A stretch of 64,000 bases of DNA from Saccostrea cucullata. Its lineage: Eukaryota. Shown here piece by piece: positions 23,657 through 36,420 of the stretch (positions within the stretch are counted from its first letter, which is position 1; every line of letters starts with the position of its first letter). The notes under the pieces were generated by a model. It ran no database searches. It was given only the letters and a program-made list of their open reading frames with translations, and had not been told where the DNA came from. The position numbers and the translations under genes were made by a program. The stretch lies in the NCBI RefSeq assembly GCF_032062105.1, contig NW_026921466.1, forward strand, positions 1 to 64,000, given 5' to 3'.

Positions 23657-24023
23657 CTTTGTGGTCAGGCTTTCTATAAATGTTCATTCTCCAACCACCA
23701 CCACAGATTTGCCTTTTATTTCCGCTGCATTTCATGTTGCATTCAATATCTGGTTTCCTGACATTTGTGGTAAGAGAGTTTCCACAGAAACACCAAGAGG
23801 AATACTAGAAAATAATTGCAATTATGTTGATTTCATCAGATATAATAAACATCTTTGCCAGTACGTTATATATTTTCATCTTAGAAATTTATAACAACCT
23901 CTACACCGTATAACTGGTAATTTGCACAAAAGTTCCTGCAGTATTCCACAGTCACGGATTGGGTATTTGTATGCTTCTCGGCCAAGGTTCGATTGGACTG
24001 GTCTTGGAAACATCCCACATACT
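23657..24023 (-). CDS. WSC module 1 (exons 24023-23899, 23804-23657)
   Basis: EYVGCFQDQSNRTLAEKHTNTQSVTVEYCRNFCANYQLYGVE / YSSWCFCGNSLTTNVRKPDIECNMKCSGNKRQICGGGWRMNIYRKPDHK; 125 + 148 nt. Confidence 0.85.
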
Positions 24024-24668
24024 CTTTGTATGAAAAAAGGAAATAGAAATTGGTATTGCAATATTTTTTTTTTAATTTACATCTGACTTTATTTTACTTG
24101 GAAAGATACCTTGTATGAGACTTTATTTGATATTTTTGTGTTTCGATTAGATAAAACAGAAACAGAATACGTAATTATTAGTAAAATTCATCGTTTTTCA
24201 TCGAAAAAAAAAAAAAAAAAATCAGTGGCAACTAGCATGAACTTCATTGACCTAGTTATTTAAAAAACATGTTAACCAACGAACCATAGGTGAACTTATA
24301 CCAGCGCGGTTTTTCGTTCTTATTAAATGATTTTTTTTTCTGGACAAACGTTATCGATAAAAATATTTTTTTAAGAAGCTAATTCAGAGAATTCGTGTCC
24401 CCCGCTTAGGGAAAAAGTCGGATCTCCCTGACTGAATTTGTAGAATTATTAAATGTATACATGTATACTGAAGCAAATAAAATACATGTATGTCAATATG
24501 CGTATAAAGATTTGATTGCTTATTCTTTATTATGTGTATAGAAGATTCTTTTTATATGCAATATTTATCACACTGTAATGATGAAGTTATAACCTCATAA
24601 ATTATCCTTTTCACATGCTGAATACTATCATTTAAAAAAAAGAAATTAAAAAAAAAAGGGTGGGGGGG

Positions 24669-24739
24669 GGGTCGTCCGAGATTCAATTCCGGGACCTCTC
24701 ACATGTGAAGCGGGATACATACCACTAGACCACGGAATC
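24669..24739 (-). pseudogene. tRNA-Pro-like derived sequence (pseudogene or SINE head)
   Basis: Reverse complement gattccgtggtctagtggtatgtatcccgcttcacatgtgagaggtcccggaattgaatctcggacgacc follows the metazoan tRNA-Pro body; the acceptor stem and T-loop are broken. Confidence 0.5.
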
Positions 24740-24974
24740 GCTACAAGGGGAATAAAGTATATATGCAGAAGTGAAGTCACATACATGTATATATTCATGT
24801 TCGGTATTGTCAAGATTTTACACAATCCATGGTGTTTGATTTACTTAGCCTTTATTAAACAGTTCTAATAGATGTAATAAGAACATTAAGTCCGCCGAGA
24901 ACCTGTTTTATACGCAATAAATCTCCGCATGCCCCTGTGCTAAAAACAGCGACATGTTATACTATAAATACTAA

Positions 24975-25489
24975 TAAAACAAAAGGGGCGGGGCACTTTG
25001 AGAGGGGTGAGAGAGGTCCTAGGGAGTTTTGGTATAAAATTACATTGCATAAGCTCAAAATCTTCTTGAAATATCGCCCGGAAATGATAGTGTTACACAC
25101 AGACAGAATGTATAAATTTACGACCTTGAACTTTGACCTTTTGACCTCAAAATCAATAGGGGTCTTCCTTCGGCCACAGGGAGTTGTTATGTAAAATTTC
25201 ATTGCAATAGCTTAAATGGTTCTAGTGATATCGTGTGGAAACGAAAGTGTTATAACAGACGGAATTTGCTTATTTATGACCTTGACTTTTGATCTTTTGA
25301 CCTCAAAATAAATAGGGGTCTTCCTTAGGCCACAGGGAGCTGCTATGCTAAATTTTATTGCAAAAGCTCAAAGGGTTCTCGAGATATCGTGTGGAAACGA
25401 AAGCGTTACAGACAGACAGAAAGACGGACGGACGGACGGACGGACAAAACCAAATTAATATCCCCCACTTTTCAAGCGGGGGGCAAAAA
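24975..25489 (-). mobile_element. HINE-type element with ~155-bp internal repeats
   Basis: (gacg)n microsatellite at 25410-25445, terminal hairpin cccccac..gcggggggc+AAAA, repeated gaccttgaactttgaccttttgacctcaaaa..aataggggtcttcc. Confidence 0.6.
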
Positions 25490-25499
25490 TTAAATCCTC

Positions 25500-26400
25500 A
25501 AGTCTTATATTGAAGACCGTATGATGATATCATCTGCACGGGGAACCGTTTATTAAGATTTCATCCCTCACAATGTTTGATTCGACCATATGACTCGATT
25601 GAGCGGATGGCTTATGAAAGCACACCAGACTTTTGCAAAATAGTTTTTTTTTTCATCTGGATATGAACAAGACCCAAATGCCCTGGCTACCTCTACTTTA
25701 TGATCAGAAATCATTCCACTTTTTTTCTGTTCCAGGCGCGGTGGGATCCGGGTTAAAATAGGTCCTCAGTACCCCCTTGCGACTAGATGGGGCGGTCCTT
25801 CGGATGAGACCGTATAAACCGAGGCCCCGCGTCAAAGCAGGTGTGGCACGGTGTGGCCTAACATAGGCCTAAATTTGCAGCCCTTCATCGGCAATGGTGA
25901 CGTCTCCATATCAGTTAAATATTCTGGAGAGGGACGTTAAACAGTATACAATCAATCAATCAATCGGTTCCAAGCGCTCTTTTATTGTGCATAATGGCAA
26001 GCTTTTATTAAAACCAATTATGGTGGTAGTAACGATTTTAGGATATACATGTATGACACCGTATTTGTCTTGGTCCGTACTCCGCAAATTCGTACAATGT
26101 AGAACTATGATGCCGGAATCTTGAACCGGAGCACAAATGAGGAAATGCAAAACTGGCTCCATAATCGTGACAAGTTCATTTCAGATCCTGGCTTTCGGGA
26201 TAGTTCAGATGTGTTTCATGACTTCGACATCAACATGGAAATGGCATGCTTTATGCAGATAGGTACATCTCGAAACACCAAAGAGGAAGAAAACAATTCA
26301 CTTTTAATAACTAATATGTTTACAATAAATTACAGTCGAGTTCGTCAATGCAAGGTTGAAGTGGTGGATATATCTGAATCATGCCATACCTTATACACAT
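25500..26400 (+). pseudogene. Degenerate ISL2EU/PIF-Harbinger-superfamily (DDE_Tnp_4) transposase fragment, split by a SINE
   Basis: QKS..F.FQ | RSF.VHNGKLLLKP.MVV...GY, NYDAGIL, DKFISDPGFRDS (compare FxxDRGFRD), EM.CF......T.EE.N.S.LIT. Confidence 0.55.
25735..25966 (+). mobile_element. SINE with non-tRNA head, internally deleted copy of 36421-36696
   Basis: Same head, body and tail as 36421; gttcca on both sides (25729-25734, 25967-25972). Confidence 0.8.
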
Positions 26401-26708
26401 ATCCCCTTTATTTGCGACTACGTAAGAGTCGTATGTGCCCTATGCTTTCTGTCTTAATTGTGGCAATCAGGAAGACGAACACATCATTAAATTGTCAAAA
26501 AATAATACATCTTTCGAAACAGACATACGAGGTGCAGAATTTGTCGAAAGTAATAGACTATTTGAGCCTTGAATATCCGTGTGGAGAAATTAAGATTTAA
26601 GTGCCATTGCTTGAAAATTGACGTTGCCATTTTATCTCAATTTATGCAACTTAATTAAAGCAAAATTGTGCTGAATAATTTATTCGTACTTCGCAGGGAT
26701 TATTTGTA

Positions 26709-28709
26709 TTTATGACCCAGTAAATGAAGTTTTGGGGGGTATATAATTTTTGTCGTCCCCGTCCGTCTGTCTAGTTGCCTTTCTAGCTGTCTAGCTGTCT
26801 GTCTGTCCGCAAAAACTTTAACCTTGCCCATAATTTCTTATCTAGTGGAGCTATGACTTTCATATTTTACATATATGTTTCCTGTGACAACACCTTTTGA
26901 ACTTGGCCTTGGAGTTTGACCCACTTTTACACATTTTTTTTTTAACTTTTACGGTCGCCATATCTTTTGAATAGTAGATACCTGTATATTTATACTTAAC
27001 AAATGTATTTTTTGTGGAAAGACTTTCCATTGCATTGAATACCTACACCCTTGACATTTTGACGTTGACCTTGGAGATTACCGAACTTATTAAAAGAACA
27101 TTTACCTTGGCCATAACTTTTGAACGCTAAGGGAAAAGGCTTTCATACTTTACCTATGTAATTTTTGTGAAAAAATCCTTTATTGGATTTCAAGACCTTT
27201 GACCTTGGAGTTTGACCTACTTTTAAAAAGCAAACCTTGACCATGTTTTTTGGTAAAAATATTATAGTTATTGATTTCATACCTTCTATATTTAATCATT
27301 GTGACAAGACATATCATTTGATAGCAAGACCCTACGACCTTTGACCTTGAGCTAAGAGTTTGTCCTACCTTTTAGAATTTTTAACCTGGGCCATAACTTT
27401 CGAAGAGTAAGGACTAGGGCTTCAATACTTTACATAGGTATTTTTTGTGACAAAAACTTTTAATGGATACCAATTATCTTGACCTTTTGACCTTAACCTT
27501 GGAGATTTCCATACTTTGAAATAAGTTTAACTTACGTTTATACGACGGAGGTTAGAAAAGTTCGCGGACACATTGAATTACGGAAAATCTATTGTTTACT
27601 GTGAAGTATGACCTATGTCTGAATAAATTTCATACATTTTGTTTATTAGTATGTAAAAAATCAGGTCAATTTACTAAAATCTTGAAAAATTACAATGGTT
27701 TTTACCATGGGGTCATGGAATTCACGGAGCAATCACTTGACGTAAAGCGACGTGACAACCTGTTAAGCTTTTTCGCAGTTCTATAAATCCTTCATTTCTT
27801 CAGATTTTTCTTATCTTTTTTCTACATTAAAATTGAAAATCTATATCAAGAAATTTTGCTTTTTTCTATAATGTCTTTTGTACTAATTCGGATTGTACTG
27901 ATTCGGATGTTATTGAGATCTTTTAAAAAAGTCTATGTAGTTAATCGATCAGGTATGAAAACTATACAAAACCATATTCATTAGGCACAACGTCCGTGCG
28001 ATAAGGGGGTATTGAAGTATCGATGGAGTTAATCATTCAAAATGTTAATCCTTCCATTCTTATAAAGCTACAACCGTTTGAAAACTTTTGTTTTTTGTAT
28101 GTGTACCAAATTTCCGGCAACACCTTGAACATTTTAATCTCTTCTTAGACATTTTATTTTCTGCACATATAATTTTTACGTAGTGCAGTGATTCATGACG
28201 TTCAATGACGTTCCGATTTTTGGCTGTGTTTTTACGCGTTAATCATTTATAAATGGCTACAAAACAGTCAAACACCCTCCAATTTAATTCAGATTTCTCT
28301 CAGTGACGTTTCAATAATACATTAGCGACAGGTAAAATATCATTAATCTCTTTGAGCTACAATTGTGCAATTTTTAATTTTAATAAAGTGTCTTTGTGAT
28401 GTAAACGTGCCAAAATGTAGCATGCTCCGTGAAGCAAGTTTTATCAAAACAAAAAAGCTGCATATTTTTCAATGATCACCGGAGAGCACCAAATTTTTGT
28501 ATATTCATTTGAAAATAAGTTTAGATTTTATCTGGAAAGTTTGACCGGTTTCGTGAAAATAGCGCGCTCACAATAGAACTTGTCCGCGAACGTTTCTAAC
28601 ACCCCTCGTATTTCAGAATTGTGTTTCCAATTAGTTTGCATTTTAAAAAGTCTAATATTCGCTATGTTGCCATACGGGGGTATCTGTGTTTTTGAAACAT
28701 ATCTGGTTA
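26709..28709 (+). mobile_element. HINE-type element with degenerate internal tandem repeats, same family as 38641-41219
   Basis: ttttatgaccc..gggggg 5' hairpin, (gtct)n, repeated gaccttggagtttgacc / ggccataacttt, 3' gccatacggggg.atc.gtgttt...aaaca.atct.gtt. Confidence 0.7.
27543..28608. mobile_element. Mariner-like non-autonomous element nested in the HINE
   Basis: TA|cgacggaggttagaaaagttcgcggaca ... tgtccgcgaacgtttctaacacccctcg|TA. Confidence 0.7.
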
Positions 28710-29793
28710 AAATATTGTCACGGTTTAAAATTGAATTCTTTTTCATAATCAATGATAAATATACAATTTAACATTTTTTTTGCTAGGATATGCAACATAT
28801 GGCATTGATTTATAAAACATATACATCAGCATTAATGTCGCTGCAGCATTAGAATGTAATTGAATAATTCAGGGTTCAAATAAAAATAGTGAAAATTATG
28901 ATACATTTTTTGGGAGATTTATCCATACCGGCTTCGGCTTTGAATTCAATCTGAATCAGAGTACTGGCCCAAAGAACATAAACTGAGAAAAGGCTTAACT
29001 TTCAATTTTAACCTGTTATAACTTTTGAAATAATTCTGATATTGAAACAAACTTTTTATCATATATTTGAATTGAAATAGTACACAGCATTTCGAACTTT
29101 TACGCAAATACAATAAATTAAACTCAAGTTATCAAAAATCAAAATGTGGAATTAATTCTTTTCTCAGTTTATGGCTTTGGGGCCTGATGTATCTTGTAGC
29201 TAATAAAAACTAGAACTGTCCAAAACTGACAAATACCCCGCGTTGGGTTCTTCAGAGAAGGTACCAAATACGTATGATATACTAGTATTGGTGTTTACAC
29301 AGTATTAGAGTAAAAAAAGTTTCTATATGAGCGGATCTTTTAGAAATTCCCTTATATTAAGCATAAATATCGCTGCTTGCGTTAAAATGACACTTAAAAT
29401 AGTTTTAAAACTTCGATGTTTTTGTAATACAGTTCAGCACAATCATTTATAAATACCGACATTTGCTTTATTAAGTTTTTCTAGATATTAAGCGAAAGTC
29501 TCATTATGTCACCAATCTAAACGGATCCTGTCAGACGGAAGAGGAGATTCCTATATCCCCGTGTCTGACTTTAAACGTTTAATAATATTTCAAACATTAT
29601 TCTGTTTACAGCGGTGTTAGCGATTAAACTACATTATATAATTTATAATTTTCCATCAGATGATATATCGTAAATTCTTATCACAACTTTATCAAATATT
29701 CAGGGTAAGCTTAATTTTCTTTTCATTTTTTAGGTTATAATAAGTATCTACTATATAATCTTAATCTCGATACTTAACGCAAGTTCAACTTAC

Positions 29794-29860
29794 CAGAACT
29801 GACGATAAGTGTCAGTTGCAATATCAGGAGAGGTAGTCCAATTTTCATTTTTAGTTGCAT
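29794..29860 (-). CDS. Putative first coding exon (signal peptide) of the WSC gene
   Basis: MQLKMKIGLPLLILQLTLIVSS then G|GTAAGT donor, phase 1, in frame with the exon starting at 24023; acceptor at 29881-29882. Confidence 0.65.
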
Positions 29861-32800
29861 ACTGGTTATTAATGTTATTTCTGTTTAATATATGACTATG
29901 GTATCCTATTAAGTAATCAATGTCTTAAACACTTGTTTATATCAATGATACTCAAATTTAACTATGAGCAGTGTAACATTTGTCAAGTAAAATCGAACAA
30001 AGCATTTGTACTTTAATCAATTTCTTTAGATTGATGTATGTTACCGTTTTATTTTTTTTTTCTAATTCCAAATTATGTTGAATGAACCGGAGGCGGCAAT
30101 ATCTCGGATTGATTTTCGATACTTGCAAACCGATTTAAGGTATTTCCATCCTCTTATGATGTGATAGGTTTTTGGAAAAACTGTTATTACTTTAAATTCA
30201 TATTCAATAAACTGTATCTATTGGAAGAATGGTTTTCTACAGGTGTATTGATAAATATTGTTAAGAAAAATTTTAAAACGCATTTTTTTTTAAATTTAAT
30301 CAATAAATCAATCTTTAAATGATAAGGGCCTTCTTGGATATCTTCATTCAAGCATTTGAAGCTGGACATTTCTAATGTAAAAAAATTCACTGATATTCAC
30401 AGTTCAAAATTCACTTAGAAGCAAATATAAACTTAAGGAACTTTCAGCATCAAACTTCTGTATTTGAAACAGTTTTTACATACTTTTTATCACAGTGTTT
30501 ACAAAAATGTACGATTTTTTTGTTTATACATGCATCTGTGTATTTATGTCTCTCATCCTACATAATATAGCAATTTTAATAATTTGGCAATAATTGGTAA
30601 ATTTAAATGTTGTTAAATGAAAAAATTTACAGTTTTTGTACTTTGACTCATTAAAATTGTGATGGTTAAAAGATATTAAATGCCAAACTTAAAATTTTTC
30701 AATTGTTCAATACGTTTAGTGAACACCAACAAAGTTTCTATGTTATGTTTGTCAAATATACAGACGATGAGTACATCCGTGCAATCAGATGATAACATTT
30801 CATCTGACTTTTGAGTTTTTTTATTTATTTTCATGAATTTAAAATCATGTGTAATATCAGAACAACACCGGAATATATTTTATATAATTTATCTAATTTT
30901 TAGCCTGACTACATTGGATATTAGTAAGCAAGTTTATTCGAACCGTATTTTTGATAGTCTTTAGAGCCTCGGAAACAGAAAATTAGATAACTCAATTTTT
31001 GATTAAGGTCAGTTGGTTATTGAACTTTGGGAGAGTCAGATAGCTAACTTTGCTTACGTGTCAATTCAAATATCATCTTATTTTGAAAAAAAAATCAAGT
31101 AGAATCTGAAACATTAAAATCCTCCTCTCCCCTCTCTGAATTTATACTTTACAGATGGACATAAAATAGTTTTAATATGATGTTAAACATTTCCCAAAGA
31201 GTCAAGTGCTATATAGCTTTAGCAACAAATGTTGGCACAATAAAACTGTCATTGTCGCGTGCCATAAAATCGTCGCACATGTTTGATGTTTCGATGGTAC
31301 CCTTACCAAAAATATTGCCTTCCTGAAAATATATATTGCAATTCTGCAGCAAATATCGCTGCAAAACGTCAGATTTTTAAAAATAATTTTAAACAAGCGA
31401 CTTCTTTTAAGTATTGGGCCATCGAAAAGAAAGAAATATAACTCTTATCTTTTTCTTACAACAAATTTTAGTAAATAACATATTTGCCCTTTTTTCCTAT
31501 GGTTTTAGATATATGATGTAAGCTGCATCACACTACTGACTTGGTCTCGGCCCTGGTTTCAGCCCTTGGATTGTTTCGCTTTTCTCGTCGTCCGGACTTA
31601 AATTGAACCAATACGCTAGCGCTGATACGTATACAAGGACCATGATCCAAACAGTGTGATATTCTATATTTTTATTTATTTACTTTATTTATTCAATTTG
31701 ACAAAAACCACATGTGGCGCAAGTCATACATACAGTAAACAAATATAAAATATATAGTCACATAGATTTTCTTATATTACAAGCATCAGGTATGAAATTA
31801 CAAATATTTTGTAACATCTGCGGGATTAAGAATTTCATAAGATATACATGTATTATTAAAAAGTGTACAAAATTCACTTCTTAGTTGTTTATAAAGAGGA
31901 CATACAAACAAAAAATGATGTTCATCTTCAACGACATTTTGACAATTAATACAATATCTTTCATCTCTTGGTATAATTGGATTACATTATCTGCCTACCT
32001 CTGTCTGTTATTTGTGGACACTTATTCTCAATCGAGTCAAAAAAGAACGAAGATTCTTGTAAATAGAAAAAATTAAGTATGGTTGTATTTCAAGTTAGTT
32101 TAGATTCCCTTGACTTATTAACTGCCATGGCTGTAGATTGCATAATTTGCCATTACCCTTTTCTCTGATATTTATTTTATCCTTTAAAACTATATTCTCA
32201 ATATATTTTTTCAAATTATTTTCAACGAATTTTTGTCAAGTTTAAGGTACCGGTATATCTTGAAAATTTATTTTCAGTAGCATATAATTTTACAAAGTTG
32301 ATTTAGACAAAAGACTTTCTAGAAGTTCAATAAATGATTGAAATGATCGTTCAATTGAAGGAACGAAGGTGGTTTAATATATACTAGTATTTATACTGTT
32401 GACAAGTGAAAGCAAGATTGCAAAGCAATGCGTGTTTAGTGAAGTAATTTGTTATGAAAGATTTTCAATTTACAGTTTAAAAAACTAGTTGAATATGATA
32501 TTTATTACCCTTTACTTAAGATTTTAAACATATTAGATATAATAAATTAAGAGGCACCCTTACTTTATCCACATTTAAAAAAACACCTGTACTCTCCCGA
32601 GACAGTAGCTGCAGAAATCTCATGTTGCAGCTGATCTCAGCTGTTTGGAAAAGTGTCGAAGGTTTTTACAATGAATGGATCTGTAGCTCTCTGCTTTATC
32701 GGAGAGGACTTTTTAAAATACGATGAACATAGAAAATAGATAAGGCTTAGCTCTGTAGGTACATTTGTATGATTTAATACTAGTATAGAAAAGAAAGAAT

Positions 32801-34384
32801 GGTTAATAAAAGATGTTAAAATCTTAATCTACTCACTCTATCGCATTTGTAATCATTTTCATCAAGAATCAGAGATCAGTAGTCACACTCTTCTCTCAGA
32901 AACACAAATACCCTAATTAAGGAGGCTCATTACACCACTTTTTGATGACGTACTACACAAAAAAAAAAAAATAAACCAAACCTCCATTGTGTCGACCGGT
33001 TTTCTCTGGGGACGAATTGTACAGGTACCTCTACAATATGACCCTGACCTATAAAACGCTTTAAAAATAGATGGAACATGCAGTGTTATAAACAGTGAAA
33101 ACAGAGTAACGGATTCATTATGCATTAACCAAGAAGAATTGCTTTTAAGCAGAAACAAAAGAAAACAACAATCATATCTTCGCCAAACAAGTAATGTCAA
33201 TTTCATAGCGATGCATTCAGTGAGCTCTATCAAATATCAATCAATGCCATGTTTGTATGGAGGAAATTGGAGTTAAAATCTACAACCTTGTTGAAATTAA
33301 AGTTATTTACTTGCACTATTTACTGTGTTAGTGTTAATTTTTTATTTTTGCTTTGTTGATTTAAATGTATACTCTGGCAATTTAAAGCTTTGTTCTTTGT
33401 TCATTGAAATACATTCCTTGTCTCTTCAAAACTCATTTTCGTAATGTTTTATGCATAGATTAAAAAGATTATGATATTAATTGTCTTTTAGGAGAAAATT
33501 ATTTTTTCTAATAAAATTATTATTAGGTATTATGAGGTATTTTCACTGTGTGTACTTGTCTTAAGAAGATGCCTATCATTTCACACTGAAAGTTCTGAAA
33601 TTCTGTTAATAATAAACTTGAAATGAAACATTTCACTTAAATTAGACAAAAACTAAAAAAATTCTATAAAAAATATTGATGATATCAATACCCCCATCTG
33701 GATATTTGACATCTACATTATAAGTGGTGCCATATTGAAATCTAAAATAAACTGTGGATGTAATGAGCCACCTTAAAGAAAGTGAACTTTTACAATGACC
33801 ATATTTAGATATTGTTATTCTGTCTTCCCATAAAATAGAGTTACTGTTCTTTGCAACATTTATTTCCCCTGAAAGCAGAGATTGAAAACGGATAAATTGA
33901 AAACACGCGGTAGAAAAAATGAATTTATCTGCAAATACAACGTTAGAAGATATCTCAAACTATAAGAAAAAGACCTTAGAATGTATTTACGATCATTTAA
34001 GCTTAAAATTGGATCTGGATAAGGTTTCTTGAACACAATAAACCAAAACACGGGATTCCAAGGCTTAGAGTTGCCGAGTCATCTTCTAAACTAAACAATG
34101 ATATACATATAAATGCACCCCCATTTTGGACCTGACCAACGGATGAACCAGCGGTATAATCGATAAAACAGTTCCACCAATTTCTCAAAAAGACATTTAA
34201 CAGTGCTTAATTTCTAGCAGTCATCGAACATGTGATAAAGAAACAATTTTTGGACCAAGTACAGAAATCAAAAGCAGTAGAACTGATGATTTCTAACAAT
34301 TCCGTCCCGGATATACCTGGACGTTTTGTGCAGTTTTTGACCTCTCAGATTTTCAATGTATTTCCGGGACGCACCTAGATAAAA

Positions 34385-36245
34385 ATGAACATTACTGTAT
34401 GATAGTGAGGGAAATATGAGGATTTCTTCACCCATGAAAAATCATTTTCCCTCGTTGCCCTCGGGTAATTTGAATTTTCATGGGTGAAGAAATCTTCATA
34501 TTTCCCGAACATCCATCCAATAAAATGTTTATTATACAGAAACAAGCAATGCATCAAAATAATAAAAATAAAAATGATCATGATCATTTTTAATAAATTC
34601 AGTAAACAGCTATTTAACATGTTTAACTGAATTGAGAAACATCATGAAACATGTACCATTTCAGATTCTGTCTGAAAAAAATACATTACAGACAAGAAAA
34701 CTTAACAATTTTAATGACAGACAAAATTTGGCAAAATGAAAAATATCACAATTTCACAAAAAGACAGTTACTGCTTTGTATCACAGATAAGAAAACTTAA
34801 CAATTTTAACATGTTTAATAACAGATAAAATTTACTTAAAACATTATTAACACAAAACTAGTATTATAATTGTTTTTAGACTGGAAAATAAACAAAAATC
34901 AGTCTTGTAACAAGAGATAAAGCAATGAAATTCAACATGTTATAAAAATCAGTCTCATTGAAAAAAAAACCATTACTTGAAATAATTTATGTTTCTTTGA
35001 CTCGGCAATTCCCGGAGAAATTTGGTTTGAACCACAATTGAAAGCTCGACATCTGACTGAACATTATTGAGAGGGTCAAGTTCAAAGTCCTCTGCAAAAG
35101 CACTTAATTGCTAGACCACTTATTCTCCGTAACTGTTTCTGGGACGGACTATGTTTTCCTGTGGTGTGTGTTGGTGTCCGAGTGTTGCACTTAGGGTTAT
35201 TGATATTTCCCTCTACTTTGCTTCACTTAAACAGCGGGAGTATGATTTGAGCGATGTCTCAGGTTTATGATCGGGAACGTTCATTATATGTCGCCCACTG
35301 ATACCAACCACACCTAAAACTGTGATACTTGTCGCACGGAGAGAATGGTTCCGATAAGTTTTAGAAAGTGTTCCCACATTTGAGCTGGCCATCTAATTTT
35401 CCCCTACAGATGGATTTACATACCATACATCCTTATCAGGGTCGAATGAATCTATGCCACAGATCATTCTTATTTGAATTCAACTTGGATAAATACTTTT
35501 GAAATGAAAAAACAGGGCAGTTCTTGTTTCATGGAAAGATTGAAAAGAAAAATGCAATAATACATGTGTATTCTATAAAATACCAGTGACCTCTTATTAT
35601 ACATAATTTTTTAAATAGTTAATTTATAATTTCTTGGTAACTCATACATTTGCCCATCTGGCTATCTTGAATGTGTTAACCTTTAGTCATGGATCTCAAA
35701 TTTTCTCTCCCTCTTCTGCATATATAGGTACAGAGTTATTTCAAACGAAATTTTGATATGTAAACCATATATGGAGTATTAATATCAATTACTGGGGTGT
35801 CGACGCTGTCCAATTTCTGGAGTTCTTTCTCAGAAATGGGAGAGTGTTGATCAATTCCCCCAACTCTTTTCTTTTCAAATCTAGATAATTTAATTTCACT
35901 TGTATCAAGCAATTTCATTGGCTGAATAAATCAGAGGAACATATAATATTTTGTATAACAGAACTTGCCTACGTCACAATGGGTTACCTCAAAAACGTAT
36001 TAGTCCGCTTGACGTAATTTTAAAATATGCTATATCTGAAGCCTTTTTCCGGAGGAAAAATTGTCCTAATGTCTACACTGAAATTAAATTGTAAGGAATG
36101 AAGCTTATTTAAACTTATTTTATACGATATAACAAAACTTGAGGCAGTTTACGCTTTTTTATAAACCGCTTCGCGGTTTATTAAGCGTAAACTGCCCCAA
36201 TTATAATATATCGTATAACATAAGTTGAAAAAAGTTTCACTCCTT
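34385..36245 (-). mobile_element. Crypton-like region: tyrosine recombinase relic bracketed by long hairpins
   Basis: Hairpins at 34409-34506 and ~36100-36240 flank the recombinase relic; they may belong to two elements. Confidence 0.5.
35180..35880 (-). pseudogene. Degenerate Crypton/DUF3504-type tyrosine recombinase
   Basis: HSPISEKELQKL, CRRGRENLR (first catalytic Arg region), CPV, YLSKLN, WY...VGEN, NHSLRAT (HxxR), IM...DH..TSLKSY (His/Tyr); multiple stops and frameshifts. Confidence 0.7.
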
Positions 36246-36420
36246 AAAGAAACTGCTTTAAATATTTCTTTACTTTAGTTAAATTCTGAGTCTTTTACGA
36301 TGTCAATGTTGCTTTAACCAATATCATATGTTCTGTAATGCTCTTTTCTTGAATAGATCTCCTTGCATCTTTCTTGTACCGACGTAAAAGGATTTCAACG
36401 CTTTCTTTAAATCTTCCACA

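Larger units (their letters stand above)
17553..29860 (-). pseudogene. Secreted tandem WSC-domain (carbohydrate-binding) protein gene, frameshifted and truncated by the Harbinger element
   Basis: Signal-peptide exon, then repeated exon pairs giving YLGCFQD..NR.L....T...SMTVEYCRN.C..YQFYGVE + YSSWCFCG......RKPE.ECNMKCSGN..QICGGGWR.NIY (8-Cys WSC pattern). All module junctions are phase 1. Confidence 0.85.

Noticed and set aside
19007-23894. Repeated plus-strand ORFs (e.g. 19007, 21711, 22630, 23625)
   Set aside because: Antisense shadows of the WSC exons
32836-32910. Possible 5' UTR exon of the WSC gene (GTGAGT donor on the minus strand)
   Set aside because: Only a donor-like motif; cannot be supported without transcripts
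33990-34370. GC-richer stretch that looks like decayed coding sequence
   Set aside because: No recognisable motif in any frame
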